The translations under genes and the position numbers were made by a program. 64,000 nt of DNA, taken from positions 44,179,409 through 44,243,408 of the forward strand of contig NC_068988.1 in assembly GCF_001194135.2 (NCBI RefSeq), given 5' to 3'. Numbering within the stretch: the first letter of the stretch is position 1; the number at the start of each line of letters is the position of its first letter. Below, one piece after another: positions 11,470 to 24,707 of this stretch. Origin of the DNA: Octopus bimaculoides. Lineage: Eukaryota. The notes below the pieces were generated by a model. It was not told the origin of the DNA, ran no database searches, and was given only the letters and a program-made list of their open reading frames with translations.

Positions 11470-13170
11470 TTGTGTGCGTGCACATAGAGACACCTATACA
11501 TGTATTATCTCTGAGTTGGTTTTCTTGTTAAATACCAGTTGATGAGAACTGTGGTCAACTATGATTGGTTATCTACTTAAATGTACTGCCCCAATATGAC
11601 CACAGTCTAATGAATAAAAACATGAAGAAAATAGACAAAGTGTTTGTTAAAATTTCCCTTTTTTTGTTTCTAATTCTTGTGAAGAAAGTTTCATGTCAAA
11701 ACCTCTTAACAACCAATAAAAAAGACACTTCCATTGTTAAGCAGATCAGTTTACAGCTAAGCTGCAGACACATAACACTGAAAGGATGTTATAGCTTGTG
11801 GAAATTTATACAACACAGTGATAGTAGCAGTAAAATAATATTTAGTTTGAAGAGATATTTTATGTCAGACTTATCACTAAATGAGTGTGTGCAGTGATGT
11901 GTATGTGTACAAACACTCTGTTATACATTCACACACATATATATATAGATACATTCAAACAGCAGATCGTCCAAGGAAGAGGAAGTGTGTACTCGATATA
12001 TGGAGTTTATCACTTAGTTAAACAGATTCCCTGTAACTTAGTGGCTTGGTAAAAGAGACAAATAAAATAAGTAAGAAACTTTAAAAAAAAGTAAGTACTG
12101 GGGGTAAATTCATGTGACTAAAATTCTTCAAGGCGGTACCGCAGCATGGCTACAGTCCAGTGAGTGAAACAAGTAAAAGGTAAAATATAAAAGAATTGTC
12201 TTTCTCACAAGCATAACAATTATAGATATATATATATATATTCACACACACACAAGAAGTGAAATGATATTTAAAAGGAACATAAAAAACAGAAAAGGAG
12301 AGAAAAAAAAAAGGAAAACATAGAGAGGGGGCAGAAATAACAGCTGGTGATTATTTCAAGTCAGGTTTATAGAACACAGTAAAAGTTTCTTTCAGAGAAC
12401 TGAAGAAATGAGTCATAGTCATTGAGGTTGAATATGTAGAAATGGAAAGAGAGAAGAAAATAAGAAAGGATAAAAAGAAAAAAGGGGTAGGAGGGAAAAA
12501 AATACACATGAAATGTTAGACTTTTGAAGTTAGTCTGACTTCCTTTTTGGTGAAATGTAATAGAGAAGATACTAAAACTCTGGAATTTACTTCAGAATGT
12601 ACAATATATTTGAAAAGGTTAAATATTAACTGAAGATGTACATCAATAGCAGAATCAACTAGTTCTATATATATGTATATGTTTGTGCATGTAACTGAGA
12701 TTTTCACACACACACACACACACACACATAACAAAAAATAAGCCAAGAGAAATAACTCAGTAGCCAGTGACATGATATGAAAGTAAAGATGAATAAACAT
12801 ATATTAAGGACTATAAAAATTATTATACTGTAAACAAATGAAAGTAAATAGCAGTTTTTCAGTAGTTTTATGTACTTAAATAGCTAAAATGGCTCTTCTA
12901 TAATCCTTTCTATTATAGGCACAAAACCTGAAATTTTGGGGGAAGTGGGCCAGTCGATTACATCATTCTCAGTACTTAACTGGTACTTATTTCATTGACT
13001 CTGGAAGGATGAAATGCAAAGTTAACCTTGGCAGAATTTGAACTCAGACAAAATGCTGCTAAGCATTCTGCCCAGTATGCTAACAATTCTGTCAGCCCAC
13101 TACCTTTAGCTCTTCTGCAATGTAATTGCTTAAGTTCAAACACACAACCTCAGATTAGGTCATTTGCCAA

Positions 13171-13207
<37 letters not shown>

Positions 13208-13208
<1 letters not shown>

Positions 13209-13560
13209 ATCATCATCATCATCCTCGTCATGTTTAACGTCTGCTTTCCATGCTGGCATGGGTTGGACGATTTGACTGAGGACTGGCGAACCAGATGGCT
13301 GCACCAGGCTCCAATCTGATCTGGCAGAGTTTCTACAGCTGGATGACTTCCTAACACCAATCACTCTGAGAGTATAGTGGGTGCTTTTACGTGCCACTGG
13401 CACAAAGGCCAGTCAGGTGGTACTGGCAACGGCCACGCTCAAATGGTGTTTTTTACATGCCACCTGCACAGAAGCCAGTCCAGCGGCACTGGCAACTACC
13501 TCGCTCGAATGTCTTTTCACGTGCTGCCAGCACAAGTGCTAGTAAGGCGACGTTGGTAAC
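13208..13560 (-). mobile_element. Family C repeat (RTE 3'-end derived), young copy
   Basis: (cat)n-gtttaacgtctgctttccatgctggcatgggttggacg...gtgccactggcac internal repeats; near-identical to 35841-36133 and 58601-58972. Confidence 0.85.
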
Positions 13561-13849
13561 GGTAGGCAATGCTCACTTACTTTATTAATGTTAGAAAGAT
13601 AAAAGGTAAAATCAAGTTCTTCAGGAATTCAAAATATAAAGGGGTCTTAACCACCAAATGCTGAATTTTTGTCCTTACCTGATGGTCTATGAATTCTACC
13701 CTCCACATCTCATAAATGTACCTGCATCTCATGATCTATCTAGTTTCTGATTAATTTTTCTTTTTCGCCTGACACCAAATGTTTTCTACTGTTTTAATTT
13801 TATTGCCATATTTCTATGTTTAAAATCTCTTCAGTTGTACTTTTAGTTA

Positions 13850-14105
13850 TTGGAATAAAGACACTTTATTTCACGTTGCTTCAGTTCACTCAACTGTAGA
13901 AATGAGTTGTGACATCACTGGTGCGAAACTGTATCAGCCTTTGCCTTTCCCTTGGATAACATCAGTGGTGTGGAGAGGGAAGGCTAGTATGCATGGATGA
14001 CAACTGGTCTTTCATAAAACAACCTTGCTTGGACTTGTGCCTGGAGAGGCACTTTCTAGGTGCAATGCCATGGTCATTCATGACTGAAGGGGGTCTTTAC
14101 CTTCT
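13850..14105 (+). mobile_element. SINE 'family D' (RTE-bipartite / Ceph-like body)
   Basis: ggtgcgaaactgtatcagcctttgcctttcccttggataacatcagtggtgtggagaggg...gaagggggtctttacc; reverse complement of the 36625-36945 copy. Confidence 0.7.
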
Positions 14106-17100
14106 TTTTTATTTTATTAGAACTCAAGGCATGGGTGTTCTTAGAGTAATTCCTGCCAGAATATTTGCGCAAATTATGCTAACTCTACTTTCAGTCTTTC
14201 AAATTTATTTTTCCTTGTCTTACAAACAATAATCCTAAATGCCGAGACTCCTTGTAGTCGTTTGGATGATTTGAGAAGGAATTTTAAAGATTTGATACTA
14301 ACACAAAATAGTTTAATCTATAGTATATGAAGAACCTGTGTGTAGCCACAGAAACATGCATTATTGCCTATAAACTATTTGGTATTGATCACTTGTATTG
14401 ATGGCCTACAAATCTACATATCAAACAAGCTATATGTGTGAACTACTATTTGAAATCTATATCTAAAGGTTTTGCACAGCTAGTTTTATCCTGGTAATTT
14501 TCAATGGCTAAATAGTAAATGATAATAACTAATAATTTAGAATTTGGCTTAGTGCATCACTTATGATGAAAATTGTCATACACTGTAACCCTTTATAAAT
14601 TTCATTATAAGAAATTACAAGAATTTGGCAAATGAAAATGAATTAAAACCTTCTGTTTATAATTAGGGCGATGTGAATAAGAAAATAAATATCTCTTAAT
14701 AGTGACACCCTATCTAGAAATGACCCTTGTCTTTTTTTCTATTGATTTTCTAAATAAGTGGTGTGAGAACTGGATTGTAGTTTCCAGTTCATGATGACAT
14801 GTAGCTTTGTGTTTGTCTCCAATGAATAGCACCTTGGACAACTGTCTTTTACAATGAATAGGTTGATTAATGCATAGAATTTGGCAGACAGAAAGCCTTT
14901 GTGTGTGTGAGAGACAGAGAGAGACAGAGAGAGAGACAAACAGAGAAAGAGAAAGAGAGAGTGAGTGAGTGAATGAAAATATATATTTTGACAGTGTATA
15001 TTGCTGAGAGATTTAAACTTTACAATAATTTGCTTTTTCACTCTCACCATCAGAAATACAGGGACCCAGTGATTGGCCCACTGGAAACCTGTAACCAATA
15101 ACGCTTATTGTTTACTAACTGTGATAGAAAAACGGAGAAGAGCATGGCCAATTCAAATGACTACCTACACTTGTCTAGAACATATCTGATGTCATATAAA
15201 ATTGAAACCACAAAGTTGACCTCAGAACGTAAAAGATTACAAGAAATCACAAGCAATTAGTCTACCGGTTCCTAGTGAACTATATGTACTCAAATTGTCG
15301 AATAGCTACACTGTATTCATAAGGGACTAAAAGGACTGGTGACAGGAAGGGCTATAAAACACTGCCTAAGAAAAAACATCCAACCCAAGCCTGAATCAAA
15401 ACACAGACATAAAATGCTGCAGAAGATGATTCCTCTTTTCTAATGATTTTTTTCTCTAGTCCAAAAGCAAATTAATCTCGTCTAAAGGGCATTTATAAAA
15501 TAATTTGCTTAATTGCAAACATTTTAGTACACTCAGAATTGCTGAAGCATGGAATAAAATACCTGCATCATTTCTTACCTGCCGGGACACTACATCCTTC
15601 GAAACTTCCATGCTTCCTGAAATTTGCCAACAATACACCTGATGCCCACCATCCACCATTTTTTTTAAAGACTTATTCACAGTTCACTTCCTGTGCATAT
15701 TCTATGTACTGTTCATGCAGATCTTCTTTAAATCATATGTTCGTATCTTGATAAAAGAAGGACACACTGGACAATGCAGTCCTAAATACATTATATATTA
15801 GATGAGTCCAGCTGAAACGCCTCTGATCATAGGTCTGCTCAAGTGAAACTAACCAAGGGCTTAACAAAAACAACACTACCCTCACCACAAAGTCTCTACA
15901 TGATTACATGACCTGCTAGAAATAGATACCAAAAAGCCACCATCCACCACATGCATGTATGCAATGTAATACATCAGATTCATAACTTTGAGGTATTTAG
16001 TTACGCCTCACAACATTCTGAATTCAAATCCCTTGAGAAAGAGGTGAGAAAGGCAGAAAATAAGTACTGGGGTATGGGATGGGGTAGGGGTCAATTAGAT
16101 GACCCTCGGGTCAACATTAGAAATAGCAACCATAACTACTATTTTTAGGACTGCCAAGCATAGTGGATCCTCCTAACTCTTTGAAATGCCAGTGTTTTAA
16201 TGGTGGCAGCTGATGAAGGATATGTTCTCTATGTGGCCTGCTTGTTTTTTGTACCTTGTTTATCATTTTGTCTATGTTTATTTGCAACGTCATGTACCCA
16301 GATATGTATCTATATGCACATGTAGATGAAGGTATGTACATACATGTATATATATATGCATATACTCATATATTGTATATATATATATATATATATTTTT
16401 ACATGCATACATCTAACTAACCAACCAAAATTATTGTCAAAATTATAACTTAAACTAATACAATCCTTTAGGAAGTAATTTAACTGAAAACCTGAAAGTA
16501 TGAACAGCTCTTCCTTTCTTTCCTGAGATGCTCACCCGCTGTAATTTGTTAATTAAAAGGAATGTTGTCTGCGAGTCAATGAAAGGACTTCTGCAAGTCA
16601 TTCAGAGGAAGAAAGATAACATACACATGACCCTTGTATGGCTTATGCAAGGGATAGGAGGAAGTCATCTACACAGAGGAGACTTGGCCGAAATGCATAC
16701 AACAAAGTGAACTCTGCTAAAGACACACATAAACAATATTGCTATTAAACTTGAAGACATGTTCAGTTTACCATTGTAATATCAATATTAAAAAATAAAT
16801 GAAAAATTCTCAAATGAGAGAAATGAAAAGCGTGGTGGTTGTGAGAGGAAGTAAAGTACTTCATTACTGATCATAAGATTATGAGTTCAAACCATGCAAT
16901 AATCACCGAGTTATACTCTGACAAAGTAAAAGCTAATTATAATTATATAATTTTGATGACTAAGGAAATTTTTTTTCTCCACGAATAACAACTGAACAAA
17001 ATTATGGGAATGACACACAAAAATGCAATTTCTGAGATCAGCAACAAAATGACAGATATTTATAGGAAGGAAGAACCAAAATCGAGAAAAAATTTGGATC

Positions 17101-18255
17101 TTAAAAGATCAAAAAAGATATAATAGAGTGAAATGAAAAGAAAGACCATCCTTAACCAAGCCAAGTAGTTGTAGAGGGATATAATTAGAGCTTACAGAGG
17201 AGTGGAGGTTCATATAATAAACTCTGGCTGGATGAGGTGTCTTCTTGAATGACAGAAAAATAAGCAGATATAGCAGAGAGGCGAAGGGAACAAATGGCTC
17301 CATTATGGGCCTCAAAGCCTGAATACTTTATAGTAATATCACTGATGTTTGGAACTACTATTCAACAGTGGTATAATGTCAGAACTTTCTGAAACAGTTA
17401 TATTCTTCAATCAAGAACTGATAAAGAGGAGAATTTATAATTTAAGGAGTATGGGGTTTATTAACCCAAAAGAATGAGGAATAAATAAAATACATAAATA
17501 AATAGCTAAAATTATATAACTAAACTATTTAGCATTCACATTACTCTGTCAAATGTAATGCTTATTTATTCACATCATTTTGAATTAATCATACATTGTC
17601 TTGTAGCTTTGAGATGTTATTTTCTTTCATTTTTAAAATGGCATTGTAAGATAAGTATGAGAAGTCAGATCTGGCCAGTTTGAACATAAAACAGGTAGAA
17701 TATTTTGGCCAGATATGGCTGGTTTAAAAACTAAGAGTTTAAGAAATACTTCCATCTCAATACATCCTAGCATTCTCTCAAGCTCTTCATATTCTGAGTT
17801 CAAATCCATCTAAGGCCAATTTTACCTTTCATCCAACTGGACTGAATTGATTAACCCTTCATAATTGGTAGCTTTGTGCCTAAATCAGAAACTACCAAAG
17901 GCTGCGTGTACCAACAAAAAGATAGACTATAGTATTAAATATGTTCCTTGCTATTCAAGTTCAAATTCCTCTTGAATCCCTCTGCAGTTGGAGAAAATAC
18001 ATATCAACAATGTGTGTGTATATATATATATATTTATGTGGACACATATATATATATGTACACATATATGCATATATATCAATACACACGTACATATATA
18101 TATCAATACACACGCACATATATATATGTAACGATCATGAATTAAAAAGTCAGAAAGTAAACATGCACTGTTATTGACTATATATATTGGTGAATAATTA
18201 CTAATTCCTAATTTTTATATATTATTCCACACCAATATATATATATATATGTGTG

Positions 18256-18305
<50 letters not shown>

Positions 18306-18659
18306 TACACACACACACAAACAAAGCCAAGTATTGCTAATCCATCAGAAAAGTAGGTTTTAATAAACAGGAAATTAACAAAACCAAATGACCAAGCCCT
18401 CAATAAATAAAAAAATAAATGAATAAATAAATTAGGAAAAGACCGAAAAAGAAACAGTAAAACCAAAATACAAGCTGAATTATTCTGTAATGAAGTGTCT
18501 TTACTGTAAATGCTATATTGAGTCTAGTGAAGAATTAGTCATGTATTTCAATTGAAACATAATTGGAATGAACCATGATAAATTGTCTTCTTTATTTAAG
18601 CAAAACAGTAAATAGTTGGGAAAGAGGTAGTAGTAGCTGCTAGATAAATGAATGAATGA

Positions 18660-18709
18660 ATTGATAGCTAGACAGATAGATGAATAGATAGACAGACAAA
18701 TGAAAAGAC

Positions 18710-18778
<69 letters not shown>

Positions 18779-18960
18779 TAGATAGACAGATACAGGAATA
18801 AATAGACAGACAGATAGATAGACAGACAAAAGAATAGAAACAGACAGAGGAATAGATAGATGGGTAGAAGAATAGATAGGGAGACAAAGAATAGCTAGAC
18901 AGAAAGATGGATAGATAAATGGATAGAAGAATAGATAGTGTGCAGACAAATAGATGAATG
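18660..18960. repeat. Compound (GATA)/(GACA)/(GA) microsatellite
   Basis: Direct reading; similar tracts at 28500-29120, 38570-38640 and 46058-46142. Confidence 0.9.
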
Positions 18961-19200
18961 GACAGGCAGACCACACACACACACACACACACACACACAT
19001 GCAGAGCTGCAGAAACTAAACTGACAAAATAGCAACAAATATTTTGATTTACAGAAAAGGGAGATAAACATCACATGTAGTTACAAATGAAATTCTTATT
19101 TTCAAAATACTATATAATTAGATAGTTGAAATGATTGGTTAGATATATCATGCAGAAGATATCTATATTCTAATAAAAAATATATATTAAGGAACATTTA

Positions 19201-19378
19201 CCATATTTACATGTATGGCATTCATGTGTAAGTCAGACCCCTAATTTATTGTTAAATCTTAGTAAAAACATTTTCCCCTTCACAGTTTTAGCTTCACCCC
19301 TTGTATAAGTCACAACCCAGATTTTTTTTTAGCTAAGTCAAATATAAAATAGTGTGACTTACACATGAATAAATATGG
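19201..19378. mobile_element. pogo/Tigger-type MITE
   Basis: TA|ccatattta...ttcatgtgtaagtca at the left end and tgacttacacatgaa-taaatatgg at the right: exact 9-bp and 15-bp inverted matches. Confidence 0.7.
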
Positions 19379-19671
19379 TTAAAAAATGGGATCTTGGTAG
19401 GTAGTAACTGAATATAAAGCAACAGTGAAAGATGGGATGGCCTTTTAACAATGTTTTAATTCTAAAACCCAGTCTCTGGTGAAAATATTCTTTCAAATTT
19501 TGGCACAAGGTTAGGAATTTTGAAGGGAAGGGGGTGGGGTCAACCAGTTATACCAACTGGTTCTTTAGTTTAACAATTCTGAAGTACAAAAGGCAAAATT
19601 AACCTTGGTAGGATTTGAATGCAAAATGTAAGGAGTCAGAACAAATTTTGTTCAATGCTTTAATTGGGAGG

Positions 19672-20385
19672 ATCATCATCCTCATCATTCAGCATCCATT
19701 TTCCATGCTGGCATGGGTTAGACGGATTGATTGGGTAAGCTAGAGGGCTGCACCAGGCTCAAGTCTGTTTTGGCTTGGAGTCTACGCCTGGATTGCTGCC
19801 TAACGCTAACCACTACACAGAGTGTACTGGGTGTCCCTTACATGTCACAGGCATGGGTGCCTTTTATGTGTCACTGGCACAGGTGCCTTTTTATGTGTCA
19901 CTGGCAGGCTTCAATATAGTCTAATCTTCTCTCATTCTAGTCTTACATCATCATCTCTGTAAAATCCAGCATCCATAGATTGGCTCTTACTGCTCATGTC
20001 TCCTACAGTTGTCCCCTTCAGTTTCCTTCTTCTTGCATCATTTGACACTTTTTCATTCAACTATCATTTCTTCTTTTGCATCACATCCTCCTATTGTGCA
20101 CTACTTCAAATACCAGGTTTCCTCTCACCACCATTAAGCTGCATCATTTTATGCTGACATTACACATCCAGCAAAGATTGCTTCCACATTTTTATCAGCC
20201 TTTGTGCATTCTTCACATTCAGTGCCCATTTCTCACTACATAACATTACAACAGTGAATTTTGTACCCAAGTCTTATAGTCTGCTTTTCCTTCATAGAGA
20301 CAGCCCCTTTGTTACCAACAAAAACGATAGTCTCCTTGAAATTTTTCCACCCCCATTTTTATTCTGGCTACTGTACATCTGCAAC
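19672..20385 (-). mobile_element. Degenerate RTE LINE 3' end (ORF C-terminus about 20385-19945) running into family C 3' sequence and a (GAT)n tail
   Basis: Minus translation VARIKMGWKNFKE...NKG.S..EK, plus WMCNVS and MLDFTEMMM remnants, follows the RTE post-RT pattern. It is contiguous with the family C tail. Confidence 0.7.
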
Positions 20386-20888
20386 ACCAAACTCAACAGC
20401 TGATTAGGTCAATCAAGGTAACAGAAGTTAACTAGTTATAACCATAATTAATTAGGCAGGGTTCTTATTGCTAACTATTTCTGTGCATCTAAATATGAAA
20501 TCCTTTTCTGTCAGTCTGCTTGATACCCTAATGCACATTTTGTGTACTAATTGTTTTGTACTGAGTGTTCAGATACATGATTTAGTGTATGATATCTGCA
20601 TACTGAGCATAGCCACTTCCGTGATGATAATTATATTTTGTTCCCCTTCTTACTAACAACCATCTCTGTTAAATTGATCTTCAGGCTTCTAGATATTCCT
20701 TTAATTTTTTAACTATTTCAACTCTGAGAACTAGGTCAACTGCATAGAGAAATTCTGACAGTCAGCCAATTATTAAATTCAAAGAATAAACAACTCTACT
20801 ACTACATGCATCAAATGCATCAAACTCTTCTCTACTACATGCATCAAATGCTTATTCTTCTATTTTTCTCATTGAAATGTCTTTGTCT

Positions 20889-21118
20889 TTAACCCTTTCG
20901 TTACTGTGTTTATTTTGAGATGCTCCATGTTTCTTTCAATTATTTTAATCATAAAGAATTTAGTAAAATAACTTGGTTATCATTAAGCTAGTGTTAGGAA
21001 CATAAATTATGACTAAGGTTTGGTGGAAGAATTTAATTCAAAACTTATGAAAATAAGACATTTGAACTACAGAGCTAGGGGCAGTTTCAGCTAGGTTGGT
21101 ATCAAAAGATGTGTTTAA
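20889..21118. mobile_element. Second TTAA-flanked MITE family
   Basis: ttaaccctttcgttac ... ggtatcaaaagatgtgtttaa; related fragments near 30040-30170 and 40260-40390. Confidence 0.55.
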
Positions 21119-21152
21119 GTTTTCAGACTGTGGCTGTGCTGGGGCACCACAC

Positions 21153-21356
21153 TTAATCCTTTAGCATTCAGATTATTCTATCAAATGTAATCCTTATCTA
21201 TCCATATTGTTTTGAGTTCAAGATTTCGACGATATGATCACTTATTTTTAGAATGTTATTAAAAGTTGCTGTGAGACACCAAATGTGGACAGTTTGAACA
21301 TAAAACAGGTATATTATTTGGGCCAGATATGGCCAGTTTAAATGCTAAAGGGTTAA
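21153..21356. mobile_element. piggyBac-like MITE
   Basis: ttaatcctttagcatt ... aatgctaaagggttaa: 15/16 inverted match including TTAA. Confidence 0.85.
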
Positions 21357-23208
21357 TGCTTCTAGTCAATATAAGGCTATTGATTCACTAACTTTCCCCC
21401 TATTTTGTTCTGTTAAACAGAATAAAAAATTTAAAAAAGAATTAATGCTTAATTTCAACTAAAGAGATAGAAAGAATGATGACTTGTATATTCACTAGTA
21501 ATACATTCCAACAGATTCAAAAGTGACTACGCTGATCACTGTTGTATTTCGTCAAGGAGAACAACTCCTTTCAGACGAATATGTGTTCATAACACATTTG
21601 ATTCATTAGTGTAAGGGGGCTCTGGGACAAACCCAAAACAGAAGTAGCAAACAGAGTGGAGTGGGAAGTCTTAACATGATCAGTCTAGTTTGATATGTAT
21701 GCTAGAAGACTTGGAAGAGAACTAAGAAGCAGGAAAATGAGGAAGAGGAGGAGGAGACAGCAGAAGGAAAGGTGGGGAGAGACAGGAGATGTAGTGTGTC
21801 ACCACTGATTGTAGAGGTTCTCCTGATAGGAAGAGGCAGATAAAAGAAGGTATTGGCTCTACTGAGAAATCCTAATACAAAACATAAGGTACAGTAAGTC
21901 ACATACAATGGGGTTACAGTGACATCCTAACACATAGCCTATACAGATTCCAGACACAGATAAGTTGGTGTGGAAGCGCGCATGCACACACACCCACACA
22001 CACACACAAAGAGCTACAAAAGACAAAGGGAGCCTCACTACACAAAAAGATATACACATAACCACATAGACATGCACACAGCTAGACAGGATACACAGAA
22101 ACACAAACACACACACACACACATAGAAGCAAACAACTACAATCTCAGACACACAAAACCAGGTATATAAACAACATACATTCATATACAAAAACAGACT
22201 ACTAAGACATACAATTATATAAACAATGCTCACACACACACACACAGCTCTGCAGACAGCATACACACAGCGATACAGACGACATACACAGTTATACACA
22301 CAACTACACAGTGACATACACATAGATGTAAGTACACTGTATTCATGAATAAACAATGGTTTATTTATTGTGAGTTTCATCATCATCATCATCGTTTAAC
22401 ATTCGCTTTCCATGCTGGCATGGGTTGGACGGTTTGACTGAGGACTGGCAGGCCAGTAGGCTGCACCAGGCTCCAGTCTGCTCTGGCAATGCTTCTACAG
22501 CTGGATGCCCTTCCTAAAAGCAAAGCTCATTTTGCAGCTACATGGTTTGGGTTTCTATCCTACTGCACAACACCTCGAGCAAGTGTCTTCTGCTGACAAT
22601 TTTTATTATACAAAACTTGTAATCCTGCTTGTAAAAACAATTTGCTCTGTCCTACAGTGACAAGATTTAAGTGGACAATGATGAAATTGATGTTAACAAC
22701 AACATAACTGAGATTGACATTAACAAAATTGAGACTGAGAATGTGACAAATTCAAGGGTGACACTCACTAGGTTGAGGTTGACAATGTCAAATTTGAGAG
22801 GAAAACCTTGCATATAGCATCATCATTGTTTAACATCCGTTTTCCATGCTGGTATGAGTTGGACAGTTTGACAGGAGCAGGGAAGCCAAATGACTACAGC
22901 AATCCCTACTGTCTGCTTTGGCATGGTTTCCATGGCAGGATGCCTTTCCTAATGTCAACCACTTTACAGAGGATGCTGGGTGCTTTTTACATGGCACTAG
23001 TGCCAACAGAGTCACTAAGCAACTTGCAAGACAAAGACTCCTAGATAAACTGGGAGAGGGAACAGTACTGAGGGAAGTGGCTTTGTGCCAGTTGATGAGA
23101 GGTTAAATTATAAGAGGGATAGAGATAGTATTTTGCTGCAGTGGAGATACATGGCTACTCCAACTAGAAACGAGAGACAGACAGACAGACAGACAGAAAT
23201 GGTGATGG

Positions 23209-23437
23209 AGCTAGCAGAAACGTTAGCATGCCGGGCAAAATGCTTAGCGGTATTTCGTCTGCCGTTACGTTCTGAGTTCAAATTCCGCTGAGGTCGACTT
23301 TTCCTTTCATCCTTTCGGAGTTGATAAATTAAGTACCAGTTATGTACTGAGGGTCGATGTAGTCGACTTAATCCCTTTGTCTCTCCTTGTTTGTCCCCTC
23401 TATGTTTAGCCCCTTGTGGGCAATAAAGAAATAAGAG
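23209..23437 (+). mobile_element. Full-length SINE family B with target-site duplication
   Basis: Head ggagctagcagaaacgttagc, B-box-like gagttcaaattcc, tail aataaagaaataaga. Direct repeat ATGGTGATGGAG at 23199-23210 and 23438-23449. Confidence 0.9.
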
Positions 23438-24234
23438 ATGGTGATGGAGAAGTGTACCTAAAGGCATAGTGGGAGGTGAATATAAGTCAAGCAGTACAAA
23501 GAACTGGACAGGGTGAGTAGACAGGAGTGGGGTAGAGAGGGGAAAGTTTTATAAGTGTGTGAGGAGAGATGGTTAGAGATGGAATAGGGGTGAGTGTACA
23601 AGAGATGGTGAGAGATATAGGAGAGGTTAAGAGGGGTTCTATGGTAGATGTGTGAGGATATTGAGAGTGATAGTAGATAAGAGAGGTGTTAAGGACAGAG
23701 TATAGCAGAGAGAGAGAGAGCAATGACTGAAAGCACAGAAAAGAAGTGATTGGTGGAAATAATGGGCAGGGAAGATAATGAGAAATGGAAGTGGTTCCAG
23801 TGGGGTGGGAGGACGGTGACCAAAAGGAAGGGAATGAAGAGCGTGTTTCTTTTAATAGAAAAGTGTATATATTTATGTGTCAAACTGTCCAACCCATGCA
23901 AGCATGGAAGGTGGATGTTAAACGATGATGATGATGATATATGTAGAATAAACCATAAAAGTTAGGAGGTAAGAGTGGTGAATATATATTTATTTAACCA
24001 CATGACATCTTTAGGGTTACAGTTGTTTCGTAACCTTCTTTGTGTAGTTTGCATTAATATGCATGCTTGGCATTATACAACAGAATCACCACCACCATCA
24101 TCATTTAACATCTGTCATCCTGGACAGTTTGACCAGGGCTGGTATGCTGAGGTGCTGCACCAGACTCCAGTCTTATTTGGCATGGTTTCTATGGTTGGAT
24201 GCCCTTCCTAATGCCAAATATATATATATATATA

Positions 24235-24480
24235 TTATCCGCCACTACATTCCTCCATGGCAAGGTTTAATTTGTGTATACAAATTTAATTTGCGGTCCA
24301 TGGGAAGAGCCGTTTTAGCGATGCGTCCTGCCCAGCTCTTCGAAACGCCGGTGTTAAAACGGGGGTAGCTGATGAAGAAGAATGTTCTCTATGTGGCTTG
24401 TGTGTTTTCTCGTCTACGTTTTGTTTGCAATGTCCTGTACCCAGATATGCACCTATACATACAGGTGGATGGCGGTATGC
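24235..24480. repeat. Unclassified structured interspersed repeat (second copy about 16150-16330)
   Basis: Shared ctcttcgaaacgccggtgtt...gctgatgaag...atgttctctatgtggc...tgtacccagatatg in both copies. Confidence 0.7.
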
Positions 24481-24673
24481 ACATACCTGTACGTATATAT
24501 GCATATACTCATTTACTATTTGTTTATATATATATATATTTATATATATANNNNNNNNNNNNNNNNNNNNNNNNNNNNNNNNNNNNNNNNNNNNNNNNNN
24601 NNNNNNNNNNNNNNNNNNNNNNNNNNNNNNNNNNNNNNNNNNNNNNNNNNNNNNNNNNNNNNNNNNNNNNNNN

Positions 24674-24707
<34 letters not shown>

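Noticed and set aside
21700-21880. Purine-rich stretch reading KTWKRTKKQENEEEEEETAEG (+), with an acceptor-like site on the minus strand
   Set aside because: Low complexity, stops nearby, no consistent splice pair and no recognisable homology.
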